Below are positions 23,781 through 35,744 of a stretch of 64,000 nt of DNA, piece by piece (within the stretch, counting starts at the first letter, position 1; each line of letters begins with the position of its first letter). The stretch is from Zancudomyces culisetae HAW-14-8 (Eukaryota; Fungi; Kickxellomycota). A model generated the notes under the pieces. That model saw only the letters and a list, made by a program, of their open reading frames with translations, had not been told where the DNA came from and searched no databases. The translations under genes were made by a program, and so were the position numbers. The stretch lies in assembly GCA_052426225.1 (NCBI GenBank), contig JBNJNM010000015.1:620001-684000 (forward strand), given 5' to 3'.

Positions 23781-23917
23781 CCAACTCTCCTTCGTTTCTC
23801 ATATACGATGAACTCGATACCCACTGGGTGTTGGTTCAGGGAAAAGGTATTTTATTGGAGAAGAAAATAGTGGATTAAGCGGCATAGGCGGTGTTTAGCT
23901 GTTTAATCCAGACATAC
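23781..23917 (+). ncRNA. Candidate box H/ACA-type structured RNA (hairpin-H box-hairpin-ACA)
   Basis: Hairpin 1 CCAA/TTGG base, TTTCTC/GGGAAA and TGAAC-CGATACCC/GGGTGTTG-GTTCA stems; AGAAGA (ANANNA) 23859-23864; hairpin 2 23871-23910 with several G-U pairs; ACA 23912-23914. Confidence 0.4.
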
Positions 23918-23920
23918 AGC

Positions 23921-23945
23921 TACCTGGTACCTGGTACCTGGTACC
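23921..23945. repeat. Tandem 7-mer (TACCTGG)x3
   Basis: tacctggtacctggtacctggtacc read directly. Confidence 0.8.
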
Positions 23946-24175
23946 TTCTTAATTCATAAATATTATGTCCCACCTTGCTCGCTATTTAGTATAACAATTC
24001 TTACAAACAATTCCCTACTCTTTTAACAACTTATTTCAATAGGCGAGACACAAAGTAAATTATTAGTGAGTGAAAATCGATTCATTTTTTTTTTGGTATT
24101 AACAAATATATTAAGATATGCCACCTGTAAACTAATTATACATTAACACATAGATCAAGAAAGTCATAAACAGAT

Positions 24176-25240
24176 CTAAAATAGTAAAACCAATACCGAT
24201 GAAAAGAGTATCACTAATTTAAATCCAATGTTTTGCAAAATAGTCGAGGTAGAATCCGAGCCACTAAAACGTCCATTGGTTAGTATACCAGTAATCGTTG
24301 AATAGTCAGGCGAGGGTCGCGCAGTTGTATTCAATAGACACGACTTTTCAAGTCCTGTGACATTTACAATCCAGTCAATGTAGCTGTATACGTGGGTGTA
24401 ATAGTTCGTAACAGCATTTTCTGGACTAATAGTTGCACCATTTCCAGATCTACCTGTATTACTCGCAATACCAACAAGTAAATTAGCTCCATTATCCATG
24501 TACGCCAAGGGGTTTCCACCATCATCATACGCCAAACTTTTACCATCCTTTACTAATGTACAAACTAGATTTTTGTTGTTGTCCGACCAAATATTATTGG
24601 TGTCTTTACAAACATCCGAAGAAGAGGGTGATTGTATAGCTGTGCTTAGTTCATTATTTGCTAAACCTGGTGGCCCAGCCGAAGTGAAGCCCCAACCTGC
24701 TGTGACCAAATTCATATCATCCGTTACATTTCCACTGTATATCGCTACTGGTGCGAAAATATCTTTTAATACTGGAGAATATAATTCGATAACTGCTATA
24801 TCATTTTCCAATGACTCGGGAGAAAACTCGGAATGAATATGTACTTTACGTGCTGGATAATCAATACCGCGAGTGTTTTTTGTTGTTCCAATACCAATGA
24901 AAATATATGTTAGCTTAGGATCTTGCTTTACTTTGCCTTCCTTGTCTAAGAAACAGCTAGCTGCAGTTACTGCTATTTGGTTAGATATTAGTGAAGCACT
25001 ACATACTATGTAACCATCTTCCACGTACACTTTCATTCTTCCAATATATGGAAAATCTTCTCTCTTTGCTGGTTCCCCATGTATGATTCTCGCATTGTTA
25101 ATACGATTATTCACTCCGTTCTGTGATATGCCAGTATTGGTGTCTACATTATCAACTGAGGAAGCTTGTACAGCTGCAATACCTCCAAGTGAAAGTGCTG
25201 TAACGATATGTTTACAAATTGATTTGTTGTTTAATTTCAT
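24176..25240 (-). CDS. Trypsin-family (S1A) serine protease homologue, catalytically inactive, likely GPI-anchored
   Basis: Signal peptide; activation site R-IIHG; CSASLIS; TAASC (His to Ser); NDIAVIEL; YDDGGNPL (GDSGGPL, Ser to Gly); Ser/Thr spacer and hydrophobic C-terminal tail. Confidence 0.88.
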   Translation of the reverse strand: MKLNNKSICKHIVTALSLGGIAAVQASSVDNVDTNTGISQNGVNNRINNARIIHGEPAKREDFPYIGRMKVYVEDGYIVCSASLISNQIAVTAASCFLDKEGKVKQDPKLTYIFIGIGTTKNTRGIDYPARKVHIHSEFSPESLENDIAVIELYSPVLKDIFAPVAIYSGNVTDDMNLVTAGWGFTSAGPPGLANNELSTAIQSPSSSDVCKDTNNIWSDNNKNLVCTLVKDGKSLAYDDGGNPLAYMDNGANLLVGIASNTGRSGNGATISPENAVTNYYTHVYSYIDWIVNVTGLEKSCLLNTTARPSPDYSTITGILTNGRFSGSDSTSTILQNIGFKLVILFSSVLVLLF

Positions 25241-26229
25241 TGTTATTGTTATTATTATATATTAGCCTTGTGTTTGTCGATTGTTAAAATGAGTTAAGAA
25301 TAAGTGTAATTATGTATTTTAATGATGAAGCTGCTCTGTTTATATACTATTTCCTATATACCCATGAATCAATTCCACCTATAATTCACCGCTGATTAAA
25401 AATGGAAAAGAATAAAACTTGATGAAACCATAAACACTGTTGAATATTGTATTTACCATCTTTGTTTCATTTATCAGAAATATTGGAATGTATTTTTCTT
25501 TGTGTTTTCAAGCAATCAAATCTCAACCCCAAGAAATATTTGGTGTAGATTGTAAAATATTCATCTTTGTAGATTATTTGAGGGTAATTTACGTAGATTA
25601 TAAGTGAATATTTGTTGGCAAAACAAACAACCTGACCAATAGATATGCCAAGTGAAGGGAAAATACATCTTGAGAATCATCAAAACCGAAAGCCATGTAA
25701 TATTCATTTCTTAGAGCAAATAAAAAATAACCAAAAAAGAATAGATCTGCTGAATAGTGCACTGGCAACCTTAAGGTCTCTCTTGATTGGAATTGTATAA
25801 GATGACCTGTTTTTTTTATGGTTTGGTTTTATCTGCCAAGAGCACATACCAGTCAGGTGGTATGATATGTGCCACACACCTCAGCGTAAGCATGATAGTC
25901 AATTAATACAACACACTTGGTCGATGCTTGTACCAACACAAGTAATAAAGGGTATTGAAAAGAATGGCAATTGTTGTGATGTTTATGAATAGCACGATTT
26001 TGGTACATGTTTTTGTTAATTCTGTATTTACAAGGTTAATCTATATTTTTTGCTAGATGGGTTTATCAAATTAATACCACATAAAACTACAAAAAAATAA
26101 TCCGAAATAATATCTACCTACCCAATTACTTTCTGTATATGCTATGAAATCCATACCCACTGAACGTTGGTTCAAGACTACACACAATCAGAAAATAAGC
26201 TGATAAAATAACTAGTGGTGTTTATATAG

Positions 26230-29200
26230 CTATGATAGTTTCATTTTTTTTAATTCCTTCATCTCTTTCTGACAGTATTCAGCCAAGTTTCGGTCATTTA
26301 GTTCATTCGCAACCTCAATTACTGATTTCCTGTGAGTACTAGCATCAGCACCATACTTAATCAACAGCTTGATCATCTTCGCATTTTTGTGGTCAATGGC
26401 CTCCTTCAGTCCATAATTCTTTTTTAATACCAGATTAGGGTCTCTTTCCAATAGGAGTTTCAGTATTTCTAGATTATTTTTTTTGCAAGCCTCGATTATC
26501 CCACTACTTTGTCCCTTTTGTATTCGTGCACCCTTTTCAAATAACAACTTTAGAATATCCGGGTTATTGGTAATACATGCATCTAGAATGAAATTGAAAT
26601 TGAAAAAACCATTTGCAAGTGTACTGATATACTCCAAAAGAAGCCTAACCGTCTCAATCTTGTTTTTTTGAATAGCATTTTGAAGTAAAAATGAAAAATC
26701 CACAAAACCAGGACGTCTTTTAAATAATAACTGTAGTGTTTCAATATCATCCGGACCAGATTCTTCTGCAAGACCATATGAAAGTGCATTCATTTGTGCA
26801 TCATGTTCCAACGGTAATTTAATAAGTTCAGTGTTTTTTACTTGGAGTGCTACATTTATAATGTTAGAGTCATCCTTAGGGCTTAAATCGTTCTCCAAAA
26901 GCGCCTTCACCACATCAATATTTTCCAATTGCACAGCATATTTCAGTATTTTAGATGCAATGTTGGAATCAAACTTGTAAGAGAGCAGCAGTTTCAATAT
27001 TTCAATATTGGCTACAATAGCTGCTGCTATTACTCCATCAAACAAATCGCTATTCTGGATAGGCTCACCCTTTTCAAGTAACGCTTTAGTAATCCTGTAT
27101 TCTTCGATGCCATCAGTGTTTTCAAGATTCAAAAATGAATCACTTTGTAATTCATTTCCTTCATTTGTCTTTGTGTTTTCCCTTTTTTCCAATACTCCCA
27201 AACCATCATAATGCTCAAGAATGATCTTTACCAATCCGATATCCTCAACCAAGCACGCGTACTCCAATTGATGATGCTGAACACCCTTTATCACAGCATT
27301 ATTATTCAAAAGATATTTCAATGTTCTTTTGAGACCCAATCTACATGCAATCCTTACTCCATTTCGTCCTGGGTCACTCAAATCAACTCCATTTTCTACC
27401 AAAAGTTTAACCATATCAAAATTACCCAATAAACATGCCATGTTAATACAAGGATACTCTGGATTCTTGGGTACCACACCTCCATTCTTTATCCAGTGTT
27501 GTAACACATCGATGCTATTTGATTTACATACATCTTCAAACCCATCCGACGCTCCTTTTAGTTTTGCACCTTTGCTGATACTGTAGTTAATCCAACCAAT
27601 GTCACCTGATTTATATGCTGTTTTCAAAATTAGACTACCAGCTGAGCTGATATTCATTCCATGTTCTATCAGCAATCTCAAAATTTCAAAGTTTCGGTTG
27701 ACCAATTCTAATTTTGCCAGCTCGTAATGTCTATCATTCAAAATTTCTACATCTCCTCCGTATCCTGAATCGCTAGTTTTATTATTTTCAGTGTCTTCGA
27801 ATGTGCTTTGCAGATCATTTTCAACAATATATCCAATGGTTTCAACTAGGTTATCATAACAACCTTTTTTAACCGGGTTAACATATAAGTCATGTGAAGG
27901 GTTTGGAAAATATAGTGCACAAGTATCGACAATATCATTTTTCTTTGAATTCATAATTGACATTACTCTTTCGTACAAACCCATATGCTTATGAAAATTC
28001 TCAAAATCAATATTATTATCAGAATTATGTTAATCATAACCATGACAAGCCCCAATAAGACATAGGATTGTTTTGCTAAATTTAAGTTTCTTTCCAACCT
28101 TGTCCTGGCATCCTGGAGTTTTCATTTCAGTATTATCTATATTGGAGAGCTTTAATAACCGTTCAGCTATTTCATAATTTTTGATACTACACAGTTTTTC
28201 AATAACATTTTGATCTGCTGGCCCAACAGTGGCACCATTTTCCAATAACAAACGTAGTATTTTTATATCTTTATTATCGATCGCCTCTTCTATTCCCCTA
28301 AGCTCAAGTGATTTTAAATTCGCTCTAGCTTCGGTAAGTAATTTGGCAATTCTAACATCACCGGTTCTCATTGCCTCCTTTACACAGTAATCACTTATTG
28401 TATTTGGATATTTGCTGATAACATCGTGTACTAATTCATAGTCTTTTTCTATTATAGATATTAATAGTGCATTTTCATCTAATTCTCCCTCCAGTTTATC
28501 ACTGAGGTTTAAAAGGATTCTTATGAAATCGAGTTTACCACATTTGCACACCATTTCTGTTACTTTTCCAATATTTTCAGAGTTCAACTTAACTTTGGAA
28601 AGATATTTCTTGAATAAGCTTTCTCTTCTGTGAAATACGGCTGCATCGAAAAATATTTGTGCGTGTCTACCGCTAGAGTAATTCTCCTCAAGGAAACTTA
28701 TCGATTCTTTCCTATCCAACTCAATTGAATAATATACACAGATCGTATAGTTAAACAAATCATTCTCTTGGTCATATCCATATTCCCGAATAAACTCACT
28801 TAATCCTTCATCTAGCGGCACATCATTTATATTAACAATCGATTCTAGCACCTGGAAAGGAAAATTAACGTTGAATTCGAAATCCAAAATTCTTTTTAGC
28901 CATCCAAGGTTGTTTAGCCCGCAAACTCTACGTGCTGCAGTCAACATACAGCATGTCATAAATTTGTTATCAATGCATCTAACATCTCTTCCAACAGAGC
29001 TAGATATATCTGGAGGAAACTCAAACCTGGCGTTACAGATATCTATTAGCATTTGGACATCACTTTCCCCAACAATTTCTAACATTTCGCACATCAAAAT
29101 GTCTGATGCATCGATTTTGGTTATTATTGGTGCGATATAAATAGAATCAAAAACTCTGATGTCTGTTTCCTCTTTTTGTGGTTCATTACTCTGTGAAATG

Positions 29201-29652
29201 TATTTTCCAATATCAATATCTAGGTATTCATCCTCGTTCATAAATATAGTATTCATGTGTACAACCGCAGAAGTACTCTCATCAACTACTACATACATCT
29301 TAAGCAGTTTATTTAACACATTCTTCCATCTGTACTTAAATGCCAATCTTAGAGCGGTTTCGTAGTCCAAACTCTTGATTTTTCTCAAAACCAACGCCCC
29401 AATAGCTTCATTCGTTCTTATTCTTGTGTATCTGTTGAGTATGTTCTCTAACCTCCATTCAAAACTAAATCTGATACTTGATAAGATATGGTTAACAATG
29501 TACTTGCTAGCAGTGCTCACTTGTTGTGAAGTATAGTACATATTTTTGTTCAACAGCGATAGTTGAGGGTTCTGGGCGAGTACAAATATCTTTGACAGAA
29601 TACTTGACGGAAGTTTGTTGAAAAGGTTGTTGCCGTTATATTTGGTATTCAT
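26230..29652 (-). pseudogene. F-box-like/ankyrin paralogue C interrupted by a single in-frame TAA (28032-28030); reads as 540-aa and 584-aa ORFs in one frame
   Basis: Span 3423 nt = 1141 codons; GYD*HNSDNNIDFENFHKHMGLYE aligns to SYDQYNPNSNVEFDEFIKHLDLYE of paralogue A (CAA to TAA). Confidence 0.8.
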
Positions 29653-30313
29653 TGTGTCGTACTTGAATTTCTATTGCTTCCTTTATAGCCTCGTTTGTTT
29701 GTTAATATATTAAAGTAAACAAAAAAAATGAAGTCCCGAATAGATGAAATTGTGTTGGTTTTATACTATTTTCCTGACTTTTTTGATCTATTTATTTCAT
29801 CTCTAGACACTAATTCAAGTGGGTATTTGCTGCGTAACTTTAAAAAATCAACAGTGATATTTTGAACTATTGGATACAATTTAAGGTTAATTTATCAAAC
29901 CAGAATGCTGGATTATTTCCAGCCCAATGATTTACTCACTTTCGTAGATTTCAAGATGGCTTTGCTAATACCAAAAAAGAAATGAATCCAATAACCACCC
30001 AACTGATTCCTCTCTGTCCCTCCAACTACTACATACCCACTGGATGTTGGCTCATGAAACACAGTAGATGTATAGTATCTGACACAAAGAGCAATGTGTT
30101 AATTTTGACCACTAGTATTTGGAGTATAATACAGCCCCTATCTTCACATTACAATAAAACTGAACTAAGTTCAACAGGTGGTGTAGACGTTGTCCCATTA
30201 CACCGAACTCAAGAGGATAAACGTATCGGTTTATTATGAACTGTATGTTTTTTAAAGAAAAGAGTTTAAGCTAGCACATAAGCCGAGGGTAGTAGGATAA
30301 AAAATAAAAGGTA

Positions 30314-31606
30314 TCATTTAGTGGTTTTACTGAAATATAAATCTCTCCCCTTAAACTCTTTCATAGAGCTCTGAGCATCTAGTAGATTATAGACGCGATC
30401 TCTAAACGATCTTGAGAATGCTGATAAAAATGAAGTGATTTTAGCTGTGCGGGGAAGAAAGATCTCATGTCCCTCTTGGCTTTCAACAATATCAATAAAT
30501 GCCCGTGCAACACTATCTGGTGAAGAGTTAGCGATTAAACTAGTCGAAGTTTTCAAGCCGTCAAACAAGCCAGTATTCACAACACTTGGATAAATGACTG
30601 AGATCTTAATTTTCGATCCACCTGGAAGTTCTCTTAAGTCATGTCTCACTCCTTCAAAGAAGCCATGTAATCCATGTTTAGATGCACAATATGTAGAACC
30701 ATGGGGGAATGTTACAAATGAAGCAACGCTCCCCATTGAGATTATGTGACCCTTTCTGTTCTTCAGCATAAGCGGAGCTACCAGTCGGGTAAGGTATATC
30801 GGGCCGGAAAGGTTTATCGCAAGTAGCTTATCGATTTGATCCGGTGTAAATTCAAGAAAGCTTTTGGGCACCATAATTCCTGCGTTGTTAAATAAAACTG
30901 TTGGTGTTCCGAGCTATCGCGGTACCGTTAATACAAGTAACGATAAAAGTTATAACATTTTTTTGTAACAAGAGTTGTGTGGTGAGGAAAATTAGTTTAG
31001 TTGTGCCAGACTTACATCTTTTACAATCTTTTCGACTATAGGCTCTAAGGTTTTATAATTGCTGACGTCTCCTTCGTAGTACTTTATACGATTTCCTAAG
31101 TAACAGGGGTATTCAATTCATGTAAGAACAAAAAGCAAATATATATGAAGATGTTTTATTAGGCTACCTTTATCTGACTCTGACAGATATTTTGGCTCAT
31201 AAATATCAATTATTGCTATTTTTGCTCCGTACTCCATCAAATATTTGACGGTCTTCTCGCCAATACCATGTGAACCTATTTCCAAATGCACATAACTATA
31301 GTTATATCGACGCCATATCTGCGAACCCTTTTCTGCCTTTTTTTTTTGCAATATACACACACTAATTAAAAGTGAAATACAGCAATTACCTCCAGTAATT
31401 ATAACCACCTCATTCTCCCAAACTATTGGCTTTTTATTGACCTTTTCGCGGCCCAAAACCACGGTGGACGCAATTATAAGGGCATTCGCTGCCAATGCAG
31501 GCACAATACCAAGGATTCCTGTAAGGTACAAACAGATGCTCGCTGCTGTACCAATCACCACGGCGACAAGCAGACCTGAACTCATCCCCCTGGAATTATT
31601 GCTCAT
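30314..31606 (-). CDS. Classical short-chain dehydrogenase/reductase with N-terminal membrane anchor (RDH10/17beta-HSD11/Tda5-like); exons 31606-31390, 31275-31168, 31095-31016, 30913-30314
   Basis: Spliced TGGSHGIG, GDVS, LFNNAGI, SMGSVAS, YCASK motifs; three GT-AG introns. Confidence 0.92.
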
Positions 31607-32406
31607 TTTGTTGTTTTTTCTCGTTTCGTTATCCTTTTAAATCTTGTTTTATTTATTTCTTGTAATACCCTGCTGAACACAAAGTATAAATGTCTTCTTG
31701 AGCTATCTTGGTGTTTCTTTTAATCGGCCGCTTAAAATAGTGTCTTTTTTCCTCTTTTATCTTCGAGTTATTGCAATGAAACCAAGGGGCTATTGTTCCA
31801 TAAATGCAGTATTTTGAGCATAGAAAAACTGCAACAATTTTGGAAAACTGCGCTCTTTTCGTTTTCAGCTTATCACAGTCTTGAAGTGTTGTCGTTTAGG
31901 CTAATCCAAATAAAAACGTGAAATTGTAAAATGGTAAACGAGTTAAAAAAAAACTAGTAGTAAATGCGATTTTATTCATTGGCCAATAAGTGTAGGTTGA
32001 TCAGAGTTGATGCACATTAAAATATCAGTATTTTCATCTTTGATGGAAAAACAAGCTGGAAAAAACCAAAATAATGACAGATTTTAACTTGGTCAAGCTA
32101 TTTTCTGGCTTCAACGATACGATTCCTGGCTAATTAAGCTCAATCAATAGTTTTTAGGAAAGAATTGCATGGGCATGCCATTAGGATAGAAATATCCCAG
32201 TTTCAGGTTGGTTGTAAAACAGGACTTTTGTTTATTAGTGCTCCCTGCCCCGGCACTTACTTCATTGCAACCAAGAAAACTGTTTTCTTGATAAAAGTGT
32301 AAAGATGATCAATAAATTTTTTACCGAAAGGTATGCAAATAATAAAAAACCCAGTTGACAGTTAATATACTGGTCTATGCAAATTACTCAGAAACGTAGT
32401 TAATGG

Positions 32407-33848
32407 TTAAGCATTAGCCAGACCCTTAATCAAATCCACGTAAAAGTCAATGCCCTTCAGAAACTCGGATTCTTTTGCAAACTCGTCATGATCATGAACT
32501 AAAGTGGGGTGATTCAAAAGTGGACATACACCTATTGCCGGGATACCATTATATCTCATATACTTTGCATCAGTGCCGGAGGGACAGATAACCGCCTCGT
32601 GTTTGATGTTGTGTTTTTTAAAAGTACTTTCAAGAACTGAAATGTATTTGTCGCTAGTATCCCACTGTGTAACTGGATTTTCTTCGAGCTCGGAGTATAG
32701 GAAATGAAGCTCTGCGTCATGCTTAGCAGCAAGGTCTCTCAGCATCTGCTTGAATTCAGCTACGTTGGTGCCGGGCTCAATTGCGATATCAAATAATGCT
32801 GAACACGCAGCTGGAACCACGTTTTGTTGTGTTCCGGTCTCAATAACAGTCAGGTTAATTGTGTTAACGCGACCATGGCTTTTCACGTTTTCTGCGCCCA
32901 TGGTAATGAGTTTGGCAAGTTCGGCATCTCTAAGATCCATCAGAGTGTTTATAATGGGACGTAGCTTTTCGAATGCGGTTCCTCCCATAAGCATACTACC
33001 ATGTCCAGAATTACCATGTGTAACAAATTTTACAGGACATTTGTATTTTTGCCCCACAAACAAGAACGAAGTATCTGTCGGTGATGGAACGCTTTCATCA
33101 ACATCAAACCCGATGTTGAGATTTTTAAATTCTTGGGTCTTAACTAGCGAACCCACCCCATCTGCTCCACCGATTTCTTCATCAGGTGCATAAATTGCAT
33201 ACACATTTCTTGTAAGCTGTATACCAGAGCCTTTAATCAGTCTTAGGGCTTCTAGGTAGCAACTTCCTGTGACCTTCATATCCTGTGATCCACGTGCATA
33301 TATTCTGTAGTCACCATTATCATCCTGCACTCTTTCAGCTCCAAATGGATTGTGTTTCCACTTTTCCTATACACAATAAATTACAGGTATTAGTTGGATG
33401 TTGTTGTTGTAAATTGCTATTTTAATATAATAGTACTGATAGTGACCATCATTACCTCTGCAACTGGAACTACATCAGTATGCGAGCTCAGTGATATTGA
33501 TTTTTTTGTGGGATCTGACCCGGCAAGCTTTAAAATTATTATAGGTTTTCCCCTTACGCACTATTTATGTTTACATTACATTGGTATTAACATTGGTGTT
33601 AATACTGCTACTGAAACTAAACGGTTTGAGATTAATTCATGGTTTTTTCATATTCTAAGAGGAGCGATGTAAATAGAGCACACATAGCAAACAAATACCT
33701 CGACAATTTGATACTCAAGGCCTATCTCCTTTGCTTGGTCTATCAAAAACTCCCTACAGCTCTCATAATCTGGTGTAGGATGTACTGACTTGATCTGCAA
33801 ATACTTTCTAAATCTTGATACTGAAGCTGGTTCTTTGGATTCCACCAT
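32407..33848 (-). CDS. ACY1: Aminoacylase-1 (peptidase M20A); exons 33848-33699, 33560-33456, 33366-32407
   Basis: FRKYLQIKSVHPTPDY, SHTDVVP, IYARGSQDMK, PDEEIGG, GHGS, GTDAKY, HDHDE metal-binding motifs; two GT-AG introns. Confidence 0.93.
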
Positions 33849-34553
33849 CTTGGTTTTTATTCTTTTGTTTAAAAATATTGTCTTTACCTTTCCAACAAAT
33901 TCTTTTTTATTTTTAGTTATAAAATATTCTCTGGGCAATATAGGTCCAATTTAAGGTATATATACCTTTTGCAAGTACTCCTAACTTCTAGTTATTATTT
34001 ATCATCGTCTTGGGAAATGTATTTTGTTTCAAAAATTGATGAAGATGAGATTGACAACTTTTAGAAACCTAGATGTAACTGAAACTGTGAAGGTTTCGGT
34101 TTAAGGGATAAATCCCCGCCATCTACAAAGAAACCAACTGATTCAGTCCCAAAATCCCATGCATTATGCCTATACCAATAGCTTTAATGTTGTATTAGTT
34201 GCGCCTATTTTTTAAAGAGTTAGCTGTCAAACCATAATCTGCGGCAACTTTAAATGAGCTTCCTAGTATGTTTTGTTTTGGCGCATCTGAATATACCAAC
34301 AATTTGTGAAATAAACGTATTGTCTTGATGTCGTTAGCCTGTATTTCAGTTAAAGAATATAGTCTCCGAGTACAATAATAACAATAAACGATAGCGGTAG
34401 CTAATGATAATAATACTATATATATAAGCAAAATACTAGAACGTGTGCAAGCACAGTAGACACGTGCTTTTCTAACTATATGACTAATTATACGAATGCA
34501 AATGTAATAAATTAAGCTAAATTAAATCAAATTAAGTTTTAATACCACCGTCC

Positions 34554-35744
34554 TCATAGGATTGAACGCCTCTTAGCAATGAAACTGTCATGAGTACCTA
34601 AATCCTCAGGACCGTTCATCTCAACATAAGCCCTTTTGTTTTTTCGCTCTTCTTGCGCTTGTTTTTTCAAAAACTTTGACCATATCAACCCACATGCATT
34701 ACATAGCGTGCGCGGCCCTAGTGGGCCTTTTCTCCATTCAGGGGTGGATGTAGTGTGGCAAGCTTGGCAAGTACGTGTTACATAAGTTTTAAGATCAAGC
34801 TTACATCCACTGCTATTTTTCTTCTTTCCATACTCCAGCGCGTTTTTTAGTAGTACAGCCGCACCGATCAGTTGATCGATACTTTGGATATCATCAAGGT
34901 TATAAGCTTTTATTCCAGAGGCTATTTGTTCAGTGGCATCCTTCAGAAGAAGGAATACTTCACTTGTAAACCCAACGCCGTTCGTACGATTTGATATCGT
35001 ATGGGCATTCCTTGAAGATGTATCTTCAGTACTGGTTAATATGGCAGCTCTATGCATATGGTTATAATAGTATGTTTGATTGGTATACTGGTCTTGATGT
35101 TGTCCCTGGTGGTCTTGATGGCGTTTTTGATGCTGGTGATTTTGATGGTGTAGATTATATTGGTAACTTTGACTGTGTTTACTGTGATATAGCTGAGTAT
35201 AATGTTGTTCCTGTTGTTCTTGCGCCTGTGGCTGCGACTGTTCCTGTGACTGTAGATGGTGCGTATAATTCTTTGATGGTAGGTTCCTACGAACCGCATG
35301 TGTGTCTTTATAGTAGTACTCGTATGCTCTAAACTCACCCCTGTACATTTGTGAGATATCTCGGGTTCGAAATTGACTATTATTTATCTCTTGGCTGAGC
35401 GGGATTACTCCGCCTTCAGAAGGTGATGTTGAGTATGCGACCCCAATATTGTTATTACCAGTACTAAGGGGTTGATTAGATGTTTCTCTTCTATAATATG
35501 GGTATCTTCTGTTTCGACACCTATTTTTGGGAGACGATAAAATATCATTTCTCCTTTCTCCAAAGCCCCTGAATTTTTGGTTTGGGTATAATCCTTTCGA
35601 GCTCGTCAACCTTATCTGTGGCAAAAAGATAGACTTTTGATCCGGCTGACCATTTGGTCTTCCTACAGGAGAATTTGTGCGCCTAAAGCCGGAGTCATCC
35701 TGTAATCCATTGGAGTTATCTAGTTCTGTGCTTTTGAATGTCAT
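34554..35744 (-). CDS. GATA zinc-finger protein, C-X2-C-X18-C-X2-C type (NsdD/Gat2/WC-2-like finger, no PAS), Gln/His-rich middle
   Basis: [30 protein letters not shown] near the C-terminus. Confidence 0.9.
   Translation of the reverse strand: MTFKSTELDNSNGLQDDSGFRRTNSPVGRPNGQPDQKSIFLPQIRLTSSKGLYPNQKFRGFGERRNDILSSPKNRCRNRRYPYYRRETSNQPLSTGNNNIGVAYSTSPSEGGVIPLSQEINNSQFRTRDISQMYRGEFRAYEYYYKDTHAVRRNLPSKNYTHHLQSQEQSQPQAQEQQEQHYTQLYHSKHSQSYQYNLHHQNHQHQKRHQDHQGQHQDQYTNQTYYYNHMHRAAILTSTEDTSSRNAHTISNRTNGVGFTSEVFLLLKDATEQIASGIKAYNLDDIQSIDQLIGAAVLLKNALEYGKKKNSSGCKLDLKTYVTRTCQACHTTSTPEWRKGPLGPRTLCNACGLIWSKFLKKQAQEERKNKRAYVEMNGPEDLGTHDSFIAKRRSIL

Noticed and set aside
28030-28032. TAA/TAG reassigned to Gln (both ankyrin truncations fall on Gln positions)
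   Set aside because: TAA and TAG terminate conserved proteins at their expected C-termini here (NFS1, CUL3, ACY1 TAA; UBC7 TAG); C-to-T transitions explain the stops
18610-30054. Repeated 22-nt cores as a CRISPR-like array
   Set aside because: Eukaryotic context, kb-scale irregular spacing, degenerate copies, no cas genes
30033-30058. Repeated element as a SECIS on the minus strand (some early-diverging fungi use selenocysteine)
   Set aside because: No AUGA...AA...GA geometry, G-U pairing favours the + strand, and adjacent genes have no in-frame TGA at a Cys-homologous position
34195-34431. 78-aa ORF with hydrophobic N-terminus
   Set aside because: Non-ATG start, lies in the GATA 3' region, no motif
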